From an uncultured Oscillibacter sp. (GTDB lineage: Bacteria; Bacillota; Clostridia; Oscillospirales; Oscillospiraceae), in NCBI GenBank assembly GCA_910586735.1, contig CAJUJW010000001.1, positions 19,928 to 83,927 on the forward strand: DNA of 64,000 nucleotides. The letters run 5' to 3'. This document shows positions 30,101-39,449 of this stretch, one piece after another. Below the pieces are notes generated by a model that was given only the letters and a program-made list of their open reading frames with translations, searched no databases and was not told the origin of the DNA. Every line of letters starts with the position of its first letter. Positions within the stretch are counted from its first letter, which is position 1. The translations under genes were made by a program, and so were the position numbers.

Positions 30101-30424
30101 CAGCCCGGAGATGGCGTGTCCCTGGCCGTCAAAGACCCCGCCGAAGGTGGGAATGGGGGTGAAGTCCGCCCCGGTCAAGTCCAGGCCGGCGGTCAGCACC
30201 ACCGTCTTGTCCCGGGACCAGGCGTCTAGGGCGCAGTCCTTCGCCAATTGACACAGGTCCTCCGCCTTGGAAATCGTGATTGTCACCGTATTCTCCGGGG
30301 CCGCCGTGTCCGCCGGGCCGGAAGAAGTCTCCTCCGGGGCGGCCCAGACGGGAACGCTCAGGGACAGGGCCAGCCACAGGGCCAGCGCCAGGGCGGAGAG
30401 CCGGTATGTAAGCCGTTTAGTCAT
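27146..30424 (-). CDS. Large membrane-anchored surface protein with GLUG-like repeats and a central coiled coil
   Basis: Signal peptide; repeated VGGIAG.N.G....C.N.G.V.G blocks at both ends; helical heptad-rich middle; C-terminal TM with basic tail. Confidence 0.8.
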   Translation of the reverse strand: MTKRLTYRLSALALALWLALSLSVPVWAAPEETSSGPADTAAPENTVTITISKAEDLCQLAKDCALDAWSRDKTVVLTAGLDLTGADFTPIPTFGGVFDGQGHAISGLSLTASGSTVGLFRYVQPGAAVRNLTVKGTVAPEGTRSTVGGIAGRNAGTLQNCAFSGTVRGESAVGGIAGHNEAQGQIIGCTVSGSVSGQDCTGGVAGRNAGLLLNCANRAGVNLTRSASDQSGEEAVLEELASGGGGALRLTDGCADTGGIAGLSDGVVQSCVNDGDVGYPHVGYNTGGIVGRQSGYLAGCVNNGTIHGRKDVGGVVGQAEPWLVLDPGPQTLDRLRAELDTLDRLINRALSDAGSTGDRISARLTAMGGFTDAARESSKRLLDRAADFVDENVAEVNTLAADVTNALDKISPALDDLSGAGERLDRLSQQLDRALQDLEGAAETGGTVFDVLRSSAGDLRQSRAELDAAVQRFRAALDAVRDAVFPDGSPSLPSREELAAIRAEIHRAFDSVKGAGNRLDGALTGLQRAMEAAGDMPGQLGDALEDLQDTTQSSAAIGRLLKSAFRSIGDGVDQLTQNGPARFTSLGEEAREAGGSLYDALGGLSVEMEELNRAVQSGNHTLTGDLRAVSRQFSIICNVMMDAVDNLDQRRQEGGLVQDTSDEDIAATREGKAADCTNTGAVEGDRNVGGVAGAVAVEVDLDPEDDIELSLGATYETKAVLQGCVNRGSVTAKKDCAGGVAGRMDLGAALDCQSYGPVTSTGGNYVGGIAGWADASIRSCWAKNTLSGGNYVGGVAGWTGRLRDCRAIATILEGTEYLGAVAGWAEEGGVLSGNRFVDTGWAGVDGVSYAGRAEPVPFEELAALPDAPAEFTAFTLTLTADGETAARLPFFYGDDLTRLTLPEVPEKEGCYGVWPAFDASGVRSDVTVEAVYTPWVTLLASRETREGKLALALAEGRFTEEAVLHVQPALSSTAPTEGVLWDVSLTGADLEQGEEVALRLLNTTGGRAEVRRYQDGQWVLLDAEANGSYLIVTMRGPRGTFNIAPAQGVPWLIPSAVSGVAALAALALMIGKRQRVKKNAKAPEKQAEPEAK

Positions 30425-32894
30425 GGAAGTCCGCCTCCTTTCCCTGGGTCAGCGCCGCCGGAGGCGGGCCCTCCCGGACCTCACCGGCGGCCACCGAGGC
30501 GTTGATGGTGCCGTGGAGCAGGCCGCTGAACTCGGCGTCCACCATGCCGGAGACGTAGCCCCGGACGTGGCCGTCTACCAGCAGGGTGCCGGTGCGGCTC
30601 TGAATGGGCAGCCGGGCCTTGATGGTAAAGGCCGTCTTCTTGATGATGATGTCCCCCAGCAGCAGAATCTGGGGCAGAATGCCCATGACCAGGAAGATGG
30701 AAATCAGGGTGCCCCGGCCCAGGCACACGCCGATGGAGGCGATGGAGGCCGTGGTGGACAGCAGGCCGATGGCGATGCCCGCCGAGGCCAGGATGGTGCC
30801 CGAGGTGACGATGGTGGGGAAGGCCTCGTTGAGGGATTCGATGACCGCGTCCTTTAAGGACATGGTCTGTTTCAGCTCCACATAGCGGTTGGCTATGACA
30901 ATGGCGTAGTCGATATTGGCCCCCATCTGGATGGAGCTGACCACCAGGTAGCTGAGGAAGAACAGGGGCTCGTTCTGCAAATAGGGGAAGGAGAAGTTGA
31001 TCCACACGCTGCCCTGAATCACCAGAATCAGCAGAACCGGCAAACCGGCGGACTGGAAGGTAAACACCAGCACCAGAATCACGAAGACGATGGTCAGAAT
31101 GCCGATGAGGAGGTTGTCGTTTCCGAAGGAGGAGGACAGGTCAAAATCGCTGGTGGAGTTGCCCACCAGGAAGGAGTCCTCCGGGTAGTACCGCCGGACC
31201 ACACCGTGGAGGGTGTCCAGAAAGGCGAAGGTCTCCTCTCCCTCCTCGGGCAGGTTCAGCTGGAGGACCAGGCGGCTGTAGTGCTCCCCCTTGAGCTGGA
31301 GCTGGGCGTCGGTGAGCTGGCCGTGGAGGTCCTCAATGGTCTCCGTCATCTCCTCGTCCAGGGAGACGTAGCCCTGGTCCATCATGTCGTAGACATACAG
31401 GAACATGTCGATGAGGGGCACGCCGTAGCCGTCCACGCCGGAGACCACCTGGCCGTAGCTCTCCTGGTCCACGGCGTAGGCGGAGTAGAGAAGCCGGGCC
31501 GTCTCAATGTCCAGGTCGGTCATCTCGGCGAACTGCCGGGGGGTCAGCCTGTCCGTGAGGACATAGCCGTCCATGGCGTCCACGCCGGCGAGGCCCAGCG
31601 CCGTGTCCGTCTCGGGCATCCGCTCCAGCTCCCGGAGGAGGCGCCCCTCCCGCTCGTAGTCCCCCTGGGGCACCAGCACCGCCAGGGTGTTCACCCGGCC
31701 GAAGGTTCCGTTCACCTTGGCCTGGGCGATCTGGGCCTCGCTCTCCCGGATGGTGGTCAGGTCCGTCTGACCGTAGGCGTAGGGGCAGCGGTTGGCGAAG
31801 ATGAAGCCGCCGATGAGGAGAACGACGAACAGAGGCGGCATGATAAACCGCGTCTTCACCGCCAGGCGGCCCCAGGCGGTGATTTTGGGCACAAAGCTGC
31901 GGTGGTGGGTGCGGTCAATCAGGGAGCTGAAGCTCATCAGCAGCCCGGGCATCAGGGTAAACACGGCCAGAAGGCTCAGCACGATGGACTTCATCAGCAC
32001 CAGGCCCAGGTCATAGCCGATTTTGAACTGCATGAAGCACATGGCCCCCAGGCCCGAGAGCGTGGTCATGGAGGAGCCGGAAATCTCCGGGATGGCCTTG
32101 CTCAGGGCGGCGATGACCGCCTCCCGGGCCTCCAGCCGCTCCCGCTCCTCGGTGTAGCGGTGGCAGAGGATGATGGCGTAGTCGATGGCCAGGGCCAGCT
32201 GGAGCACCACCGCCACGGAGTCGGAGACAAAGGAGATCTCCCCGAAGACGAAGTTGGTGCCCTTGTTCATCAGCGCCGCCATGCCGAAGGTCATCAGCAG
32301 CACCGGAATCTCCATATAGGTGTGGGAGGTAAAGAGGAGCACCAGCAGGATAATCACCACGGCGATGGCCATGACCACCTGCATCTCGGACTCCAGGCTG
32401 GCGGAGGCGGAGTCCCCCACGTCGCCGGTGGTGTACACGTCGTACCCCTCCAGCAGGTCCTGGAGCCCGTAAAAGGCCTCCAGGCTTACCGGGTCGGAGG
32501 CGGTCCCATCGTAGGTGACGGAGAACAGCGCCGCGCCGCCAGCATAGTGGTCCCGAGTGTTGTCAAACTCCACGGACTTCACGCCGGGAATGGCCCGAGC
32601 CTGTTCCGCCAGGCGATCCGCCTGGGCGTAGGCGATGTTGTCCACCATAATCCGGCTGGAGCCGAAGGTGACGAATTCCTCATCCATGATGGTCAGCCCC
32701 TGGCGGGTCTCGGTGGAATCGGGCAGGTAGCTGGTCAGATCGTCGTTCACCGCCACCCAGCCGCCGGAGAAGACGCAGAAGATGGCGACACCTATGTAGA
32801 TCAGGTAGAACGCCTTGCGTTTATCCACAATGAAGGACGCGAGCCGTTCCATAGGGCTTTGTTTCTCGGAAACCTCCGGGGTGTGCTTGCTCAA
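30417..32894 (-). CDS. MMPL/RND family transporter
   Basis: Two halves containing LQLALAIDYAI and IQMGANIDYAI; DLTSYLP motif. Confidence 0.88.
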   Translation of the reverse strand: MSKHTPEVSEKQSPMERLASFIVDKRKAFYLIYIGVAIFCVFSGGWVAVNDDLTSYLPDSTETRQGLTIMDEEFVTFGSSRIMVDNIAYAQADRLAEQARAIPGVKSVEFDNTRDHYAGGAALFSVTYDGTASDPVSLEAFYGLQDLLEGYDVYTTGDVGDSASASLESEMQVVMAIAVVIILLVLLFTSHTYMEIPVLLMTFGMAALMNKGTNFVFGEISFVSDSVAVVLQLALAIDYAIILCHRYTEERERLEAREAVIAALSKAIPEISGSSMTTLSGLGAMCFMQFKIGYDLGLVLMKSIVLSLLAVFTLMPGLLMSFSSLIDRTHHRSFVPKITAWGRLAVKTRFIMPPLFVVLLIGGFIFANRCPYAYGQTDLTTIRESEAQIAQAKVNGTFGRVNTLAVLVPQGDYEREGRLLRELERMPETDTALGLAGVDAMDGYVLTDRLTPRQFAEMTDLDIETARLLYSAYAVDQESYGQVVSGVDGYGVPLIDMFLYVYDMMDQGYVSLDEEMTETIEDLHGQLTDAQLQLKGEHYSRLVLQLNLPEEGEETFAFLDTLHGVVRRYYPEDSFLVGNSTSDFDLSSSFGNDNLLIGILTIVFVILVLVFTFQSAGLPVLLILVIQGSVWINFSFPYLQNEPLFFLSYLVVSSIQMGANIDYAIVIANRYVELKQTMSLKDAVIESLNEAFPTIVTSGTILASAGIAIGLLSTTASIASIGVCLGRGTLISIFLVMGILPQILLLGDIIIKKTAFTIKARLPIQSRTGTLLVDGHVRGYVSGMVDAEFSGLLHGTINASVAAGEVREGPPPAALTQGKEADFHD

Positions 32895-33020
32895 GGCTGA
32901 ATGCTCCCTTCCAAATTTCGTTGGAAAGTATATTACTCTTTTTTCCCGGGAAAAGCAAGGGGGGCTGGGGGAGATCTGGCGTGGGCACCGAACTCATGGA
33001 TAAATTACATGGCAGCGGTT

Positions 33021-33184
33021 TAGGCCCTGTTTGAAAAATGTCAAAACGCCCAAACGGCGGATCTTTTTCCGCCACTCTGCGTTAAATTTTCTTGCCGGGC
33101 GACAGCCCGCCTGCGAAAATTTGCCTTGATTGGCGGAAAAATCTCTCGCCGTTGGTCATTCCGCCATTTTTCAAACAGGGCCTA
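33021..33184. mobile_element. MITE-like palindromic element, 164 bp
   Basis: Perfect 20-bp terminal IR TAGGCCCTGTTTGAAAAATG/CATTTTTCAAACAGGGCCTA including the flanking TA; internal IRs as well; no ORF. Confidence 0.82.
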
Positions 33185-33305
33185 GGTTTAATTGATGTAA
33201 AATCAATTACTGGCTGCGTTTTTTGAGTGGGAAGAAACGGGGGACGACGGACTTGGGCATCCGCCGCGTCTTTTTAGAACTCCAGATTCCTGCCCTCGAT
33301 ACCGC

Positions 33306-33348
33306 AAAAGCGGCAGCCCCGGCCATCAGAGGGTCAGGGCTGCCGCTT
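33306..33348 (-). terminator. mgtE terminator
   Basis: AAGCGGCAGCCC/GGGCTGCCGCTT stem followed by TTTT on the minus strand. Confidence 0.7.
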
Positions 33349-33355
33349 CATGCCG

Positions 33356-34774
33356 CTAAAAGCCCAGAAGGTTTATCAAAAACACCCAGACCAGGCCGTA
33401 AAAGGAGACCACCGCGATAAGGTCGTTCACCGTGGTAATCAGCGGGCCGGAGGCCACGGCGGGGTCCACGTTCAGGCGTTTGAAAAGAATCGGAATTACC
33501 GTCCCGGACAGGCTGGAGAGGACGATGGACGCCAGCAGCGCCAGCCCTGTACACAGGGACACGGAGAAGGCAAAGACCGGTGCCTGGCCCTTGAACACGA
33601 CCAGATAAGCCCCCACCAGCGCCGTGGACAGCCCGCCCAGAATCAGGCCGTTCACAAGGCCCACCCGGGCCTCCTTGCGGACCAGGAAGCGCTTCTGCCC
33701 CCTGCTGACCTGTTCGTCCATCAAAACGCGGATGGTCACGGCCAGGGACTGGGTGCCCACATTGCCGGACATGTCCAGAATCAGGGACTGGAAGCTGACC
33801 ACGACGGCCAGCTGGGCCACCACGGGCTCAAACAGCCCTACCACGCTGGACACCAACAGCCCCAGTCCCAGCAGAATCACCAGCCAGGGCAGGCGCTTGC
33901 CGATGCTCCTTTTCAGGGGCTCCTGGAGATCCTCCTCCGCCGAGAGGCCCGCCAGCCTGGCGTAATCCTCTCCCAAAACGTCGTCCAAAAGGCGCGCCAG
34001 CTCCTGGGAGGTCAGCACGCCCCGGAGGCGGTTCTCCCCGTCCAGCACGGGAATGGAATCCTCGGAATAGTCCTTGACGCGCTCCAGGCACTCGTCCACC
34101 GGTTCCCCGGCGTAGACGTAGGGGTAGGAGGTCCGGGTGATGTCCTCCAGGGCGGTGTGCTCCCGGGCGATGATGAGCTTTTTCAGCTCAATGGCCCCCA
34201 CCAGGACCTCGTCCTCTCCCACCACGTAGAGGGTGGAAATGTTGTCGTGCTCCTCCGCCTGGCCGATGAGGGTCCGCATGGCCTGGCGGACCGTGCTGCC
34301 CGCGGGAATGGAGATGAAATTGGTGGACATTTTGCTGCCGATCTCGTCCTCGTCGAAGGAGCTGAGCAGCAAAATCTCCTCCCGGACCTCCTTGTCCATC
34401 AGCTCCGTCAGCGTGTTCCGGCGGCCCTTCTCCATCCGCTGGAGGCACTCCGCCGCCGTGGCGGCCTCCAGCAGGGAGAGCACGTCCACCTGCTTGCGGA
34501 CGGACAGCTCTTCCATGTACTCGTCCAGCCGCCCGGAGTACGCCAGAACCCCGGCCAGGGAGGCGGCGTCCAGGATGCCGTAGAGCCGCCTCCGCTCCTC
34601 CCGGCTCAGCAGCTCCAGGGCCGCCGCGATGTCGTTCTCGTGGTAGGAGAGGATGCGCTCCTTTAAGGGCTTCGGCGTCAGGTCGCCCCGGAGGAGCCCG
34701 GCAATCTCCGCCCGGTAGTCCGGGCGCTGGGCGCCGCCCCGCGCCTCGCTGTTAAAAATCATCTTCTCATTCAT
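33356..34774 (-). CDS. mgtE: Magnesium transporter MgtE
   Basis: N-domain plus CBS pair; RLPWL, GNVGTQSL and DPAVASGPLITTVND motifs. Confidence 0.92.
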   Translation of the reverse strand: MNEKMIFNSEARGGAQRPDYRAEIAGLLRGDLTPKPLKERILSYHENDIAAALELLSREERRRLYGILDAASLAGVLAYSGRLDEYMEELSVRKQVDVLSLLEAATAAECLQRMEKGRRNTLTELMDKEVREEILLLSSFDEDEIGSKMSTNFISIPAGSTVRQAMRTLIGQAEEHDNISTLYVVGEDEVLVGAIELKKLIIAREHTALEDITRTSYPYVYAGEPVDECLERVKDYSEDSIPVLDGENRLRGVLTSQELARLLDDVLGEDYARLAGLSAEEDLQEPLKRSIGKRLPWLVILLGLGLLVSSVVGLFEPVVAQLAVVVSFQSLILDMSGNVGTQSLAVTIRVLMDEQVSRGQKRFLVRKEARVGLVNGLILGGLSTALVGAYLVVFKGQAPVFAFSVSLCTGLALLASIVLSSLSGTVIPILFKRLNVDPAVASGPLITTVNDLIAVVSFYGLVWVFLINLLGF

Positions 34775-34833
34775 TGCTCCGTACCTCCTTTATGAGTCTT
34801 CGAAAAGGCGGGACGGCGGGCAAAAATGGGCGT

Positions 34834-34890
34834 AAAAATACCATTGCCCTTCGCCCCGCCTTTCGCGGGGAAACACGGGCAATGGCATTC
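34834..34890 (-). terminator. Attenuator terminator in the mgtE leader
   Basis: mRNA stem AUGCCAUUGCCC...GGGCAAUGGUAU followed by UUUU. Confidence 0.7.
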
Positions 34891-34913
34891 AAATCCAGGC
34901 GCGGAAAAGGCGC

Positions 34914-34994
34914 TCAGAACGACCGCGGCGCGCAGCCGGGGACATTCCGGCGGGATCGGAATACCATGCCCCTATTTCGACTGCTGCTGTCCAT
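34914..34994 (-). CDS. Putative 26-aa mgtE leader peptide MDSSSRNRGMVFRSRRNVPGCAPRSF
   Basis: Strong GAGGTG SD four nt before the ATG, downstream of a consensus promoter; ORF overlaps an antiterminator strand. Confidence 0.6.
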   Translation of the reverse strand: MDSSSRNRGMVFRSRRNVPGCAPRSF

Positions 34995-35045
34995 GGTCTC
35001 ACCTCGTTTCAAATGGGTAAAAGGGTGTGTGCGGGTTATGGGTTT

Positions 35046-35074
35046 ATTATACCACGGGAAGGCGGGAAAGGCAA
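35046..35074 (-). promoter_or_regulatory. SigmaA promoter of mgtE
   Basis: TTGCCT-N17-TATAAT with extended TG. Confidence 0.75.
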
Positions 35075-35122
35075 TAGGTTGGGCGGGGGGGATATGTTCC
35101 GAGGATTATGCTCCGCGGCAAT

Positions 35123-35953
35123 TTAAATCAACCCCAACCGCCCAAACGCACAATACAAGCCGTCCTCATCCACCGGAGGGCAAACCAAATCAGCAACCTC
35201 TTTCAGCGCCGCGCTGCCGTTGCCCATACACACCGAATACCCCGCCGTCTGGAGCATCTCCAGATCGTTCATACTGTCGCCGAAGGCAATGGTGTCCTCC
35301 ACAGCAACCCCCAGGTACTCACTCAGCCGGAGTACGGCCGTCCCCTTGTTGAAAGCCTTGTTGATCAGTTCCCCGTTGACAATGCCGCAGGCGTCCGTAT
35401 CCTGTACGCAGAAATGAAAATCGTCTTCCAGCGCCCGCATGGGCTTTTCCAGCCGTTCCTGCCCGGGGCTCATAAAGGTCAGGCCGTAGATCGGTTCCCC
35501 GTCATACTCCGCCATGGGCCGGATATCCAGCTCGCTCTCAATCTGCACCCGCCAGCGCAGCAGCTCGCTGTTGGCCTTGGACCGGGCGTTTGCCGCCAGG
35601 AACTCCTTGAAGCCCTCATCCGTATAGCTGTAGTTCCTGCTTCCAATTGTGCGGTAGACGCCGCTCTCCCGAAAAACGGTCAGCACCCGCTCCTGCTGTT
35701 CCGGCGTCATGGGGCAGTCGTAGACCATCTGCCCGCCGTACTCGATACAGCCCCCGGAACAGCTGATGACCCCGTCAAAATGATATTTCAGCAGCGGAGA
35801 CAGCATCCCGTAATTCCGCCCGGAACACAGGACCGCCTTATGCCCGTTCGCCTGGGCGCGGCGGACCGCCTCCAGCGCCGAGTCCGGGGGGACGTTTTTC
35901 CCGGGTTCCGTCAGGGTGCCGTCGATATCCAAGAAAATCAGCTTTTTTTCCAT
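35123..35953 (-). CDS. Cof-type HAD-IIB hydrolase
   Basis: FLDIDGTL, CSGR, NKG and FGDSMNDLEM motifs. Confidence 0.92.
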   Translation of the reverse strand: MEKKLIFLDIDGTLTEPGKNVPPDSALEAVRRAQANGHKAVLCSGRNYGMLSPLLKYHFDGVISCSGGCIEYGGQMVYDCPMTPEQQERVLTVFRESGVYRTIGSRNYSYTDEGFKEFLAANARSKANSELLRWRVQIESELDIRPMAEYDGEPIYGLTFMSPGQERLEKPMRALEDDFHFCVQDTDACGIVNGELINKAFNKGTAVLRLSEYLGVAVEDTIAFGDSMNDLEMLQTAGYSVCMGNGSAALKEVADLVCPPVDEDGLYCAFGRLGLI

Positions 35954-36120
35954 AGCAGCCTCCTGTCCCATGTTTGGGTACTAAATGTACTCGTGTTCGT
36001 TTTGCTTTATTATATATTGCGGGGCGAAGTTGTCAATAAGAAACGGCGGTTTTCTCCGTGTATGACTTCAATTCAGCCATTTATACAGTTTTCTGCACTG
36101 TTTTTTGACAGTTCTCACGA

Positions 36121-36176
36121 TTGACAGGACCCGGGCGTTGTGATAGTTTTTATTTACGAAATGAGCGCGCGCACAT
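36121..36176 (+). promoter_or_regulatory. Promoter and LacI-type operator of the PTS gene
   Basis: TTGACA-N17-TAGTTT; near-palindrome ATGAGCGCGCGCACAT at 36161-36176. Confidence 0.65.
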
Positions 36177-36231
36177 AAACAGAAATCCAGGCGAACCCAA
36201 GGGTATTCTTGTTTGTTATGAGGAGGAAGCT

Positions 36232-37853
36232 ATGAACTACGACTACGCGAAAATAGCGCGGGAGGTCATTGCGGCGGTAGGCGGACCGGAGAATATCCGC
36301 TCCGCCGCCCACTGCGCCACGCGCCTGCGCCTGATTGTGGCCGACCGGGCCAAGGCGGACGACGAGAGAGTGGGAGAGATCGACGCGGTGAAGGGGACCT
36401 TCTACACCGCCGGTCAGTATCAGATCATCTTCGGCACCGGGCACGTCAACCGGGTCTCTGCTGGTCCACCTTCCGGGTCTTCGGCGGGTCCCCGGTGCTG
36501 GGGCTGATTCTGGGCCTCATGCTGGTGAACGGCTCCCTGCCCAACGCCTACTCGGTGGCCGACCCCAGCAGCGGCGTGACGCCCCTGATGCTCTTCGGGT
36601 TTATTCCCATCGTGGGCTATCAGGGCAGCATCCTGCCCGCCTTCGTGGCCGGCGTCCTGGGCAGCAGGCTGGAGAAGAAGCTGCGGAAGACCGTGCCCGC
36701 CGTCTTCGACTTCATGATTACCCCCTTCCTGGTTTTGCTCATTATGCTGGTGCTCTCCCTGCTGGTCATCGGGCCCCTGCTGCACGCCCTGGAGAACGTC
36801 CTGCTGGTCATCGTGGAGAGCGCCCTGGCGCTGCCCCTGGGTCTGGGCGGCCTGGTGGTGGGCTTCTTCTGGTCCATCATCACCCTGACCGGCGTACACC
36901 ATATCTTCAACATGCTGGAAATCAGCCTGCTGTCCAGCACCGGGTTCAACCCCTTCAACGCCATTTTGTGCATGTGCGGCTTCTCCTCCGCCGGCGTGTG
37001 CCTGGCCATCTCCCTGAAAGCGAAGAAGAAAGAGATTCGCGCCATCGGCCCCAGCGCCACCGCCTCCGCCCTGCTGGGCATCGGCGAGCCCGCCCTCTTC
37101 GGCGTCATCCTGCGCTACGGCCTGAAGCCCTTCCTGCTCAGCTGTTCCATCAACGGCGTGGCCGGTATGATCGCCATGCTGCTGGGAATGAAGGGAACCG
37201 GAAACGGAATCACCACCATCCCCGGCATGCTGCTGTACATCTACTCCCCCACCCAAATCCTGATGTACATCGTGCTGGCGGCCGCCGTCTTCGCCACCGC
37301 TTTCAGCCTCACCTGGATGTTCGCCGTGCCCCCGGAGGTGATGGAGGCGGACGCCCCCAAGGGCGCTAAAAAGGCGGAACCCGCCCCGGTTTCCGCGCCG
37401 TTTCCCGAGGAGCTGGGCTCCGTGGCAAAGGGCGTCTTCGTTCCCATGGAGGAGCTTCCCGACCAGACCTTTGCCCAGGGCGTGCTGGGAACCTGCTGCG
37501 GCGTCACCCCCGAGGAGGGCAGGGTCTATGCGCCCATGGACGGAACCGTCAGCCAGCTGGCCGAGACCTGCCATGCCGTGGGCATCGAGGCCGAGGGCGT
37601 GGAACTGCTGATTCACGTGGGCGTGGACACCGTGGAAATGAAGGGCGACGGCTTCAAAAGCCACGTCCGGGAGGGCCAGGCCGTGAAAAAGGGCGACCTC
37701 CTCCTGACGGTGGACCTGGAAAAGGTCAAGGCCGCCGGACATCCTTCCACCATCGTGGTGGTGGTCACAAACTCCGAGGACCTGGCCTCCGTGGAGGCGG
37801 CCGCCTCCGGGGCGGTCCGGCCCGGGGACCCGCTGATGAAACTGAAGGCTTAA
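36232..37853 (+). pseudogene. Sucrose/beta-glucoside PTS EIIBCA with internal deletion and frameshift
   Basis: EIIB HCATRLR...GTGHVNRV jumps at ~36457 out of frame into EIIC (CWSTFRVFGGSPVLG); EIIA carries LIHVGVDTV. Confidence 0.8.
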
Positions 37854-37969
37854 CGGCCCCTTTCCTCCGTTCCCCTGTATACACGCGGCCCGTCTCTGCT
37901 GGAGGCGGGCCGCCGCTCTTGACGGAAGGCGGCGGATGGGATAGAATAACACAAAAAGGAGGGATTGCC

Positions 37970-38977
37970 ATGGCCAGCATGCAGGATATTGCGGATAAGG
38001 CGGGGGTTTCCCGGGTCACGGTCTCCCGGGTGCTCTCCAATCATCCCTCCGTAAAGGCGGAGACCCGGAAAAAGGTGCTTTACTGGGTCAAGGCCCTGGA
38101 CTACGAGCCGAACCTGATTGCCCAGAGCCTGGCGGGGAACCGGACGAATATCATTGGACTGCTGGTGCCGGAAATCGCCTATCCCTTTTTCAGCGAAATT
38201 ATCGAGGCGGTAGAAAACCAGGCTTTTTACGAGGGCTACAGCACCATCATCTGCAACACCCGCCGCAGTCTGGAGAAGGAAAAAAACATCCTGGCGGAGC
38301 TTCGCCAGCGGAAGGTGGACGGCATCATCGCGGTTCCGGTCTCTCCGGAGAAGAGCCTGCCCGCCTTTCAGCGCTTGCAGGTCCCGGCGGTTATGATTAC
38401 CAAGCGCATGGAGGGGTTCAGCTGTGTGTATATCTCCCACTACGCCGGGGGGCAGCAGATGGCCAAGCATTTCCTGAACGTGGGCTTCCAGAAAATCGGC
38501 TATATCGGCCCCGCCAGGGACACCACCTCGGCCCTGAAATACGCCGGTTTTCAGAATTACCTGGCGGCGAACCGGGTGGAGCTGGTGGACGTAATCGACT
38601 GTCCCGCGCCGGAGAATATGAACGCCAGCCTGGTTTACAAGCTGGTGAAGGAGCACGCCGCAGGTCCGGGACTGCGCTGCGAGGCGTACCTGGCCAACGA
38701 CGACATCACGGCCTGCGAGGCGATTGCCGCCTTCCGGGAACTGGGCTATACGGTTCCCCGGGATATTGCCATTGCCGGGTTTGATAATTCCCTGCTGGCA
38801 AAGGAGATCAGCCCGAAGCTGACCGCCCTGGCCCAGCCCTTGGAGGAAATCGGCAGGAAGGCGGTGGAAGTGCTGCTGAATCAACTGAACGATAACGCGG
38901 AACCGCAGATGTACGAATTGGAATCCCGGGTGATTGTGAGGGAGTCGACAATTCAGTTTGTGCCGGCTTCGAGATGA
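37970..38977 (+). CDS. LacI family transcriptional regulator
   Basis: DIADKAGVSRVTVSRVL, YEPNLIAQSL and IAGFDN motifs. Confidence 0.93.
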   Translation: MASMQDIADKAGVSRVTVSRVLSNHPSVKAETRKKVLYWVKALDYEPNLIAQSLAGNRTNIIGLLVPEIAYPFFSEIIEAVENQAFYEGYSTIICNTRRSLEKEKNILAELRQRKVDGIIAVPVSPEKSLPAFQRLQVPAVMITKRMEGFSCVYISHYAGGQQMAKHFLNVGFQKIGYIGPARDTTSALKYAGFQNYLAANRVELVDVIDCPAPENMNASLVYKLVKEHAAGPGLRCEAYLANDDITACEAIAAFRELGYTVPRDIAIAGFDNSLLAKEISPKLTALAQPLEEIGRKAVEVLLNQLNDNAEPQMYELESRVIVRESTIQFVPASR

Positions 38978-39020
38978 GCGGGGAGCTTGATGCCTGTTTC
39001 CGCGAAGCTGCGGCGCAGGA

Positions 39021-39135
39021 TTCTTCTTTTCGACCTCCAAGCGAGAAGAAGTATATTCGGTTTTACAATGAGGTTTCCTCAAATCTGGCGTTAGATTATA
39101 AGGCGTCACAGAAATTTTAGAACATTTACTGGGAG
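39021..39135 (+). mobile_element. Degenerate IS3-family transposase C-terminal remnant
   Basis: One frame reads FFFSTSKREEVY and the overlapping frame reads YIRFYNEV...L.YK...F*, i.e. two integrase-core C-terminal motifs collapsed together. Confidence 0.5.
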
Positions 39136-39188
39136 CGTTTTACGAAAAATCGAGACAGCTTAACCAGGTTCCAGCAGCCCAAAACCCG

Positions 39189-39446
39189 TCAAGGCTCCAA
39201 GCCCGCGTGCGTAATAAAGTCCGTCACCACATCCGGCAGATGTACGGGATACAGCCCCAGGGCCGTGCAGGTCTCGGCCAGGCGGGCCACAGCCTCCAGG
39301 CCGTCGGAAAAGGGCGCGACCGCCGCCACCGTGATCCAGCTGTCCCCCCGCTTTTCCTTGCAGAGTATGCCGTAAGGACAGCGGAGGCAAACTGCGGAAC
39401 GCATTTTGAAGACCTCATACCTGTATATTTTGAACGGATTTTCCAT
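39189..39446 (-). CDS. Small protein, DUF6514-like
   Basis: YGI...S....V..LAE.C....L.P.HL.DVV.DF pattern; coupled to the XRE gene. Confidence 0.6.
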   Translation of the reverse strand: MENPFKIYRYEVFKMRSAVCLRCPYGILCKEKRGDSWITVAAVAPFSDGLEAVARLAETCTALGLYPVHLPDVVTDFITHAGLEP

Positions 39447-39449
39447 CGG

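Noticed and set aside
34870-35010. M-box (ykoK) riboswitch upstream of mgtE
   Set aside because: Only AGGTGAG resembles the M-box start; I could not find the other conserved blocks, and the motif is better explained as an SD for a uORF. An Rfam scan is needed to exclude it formally.
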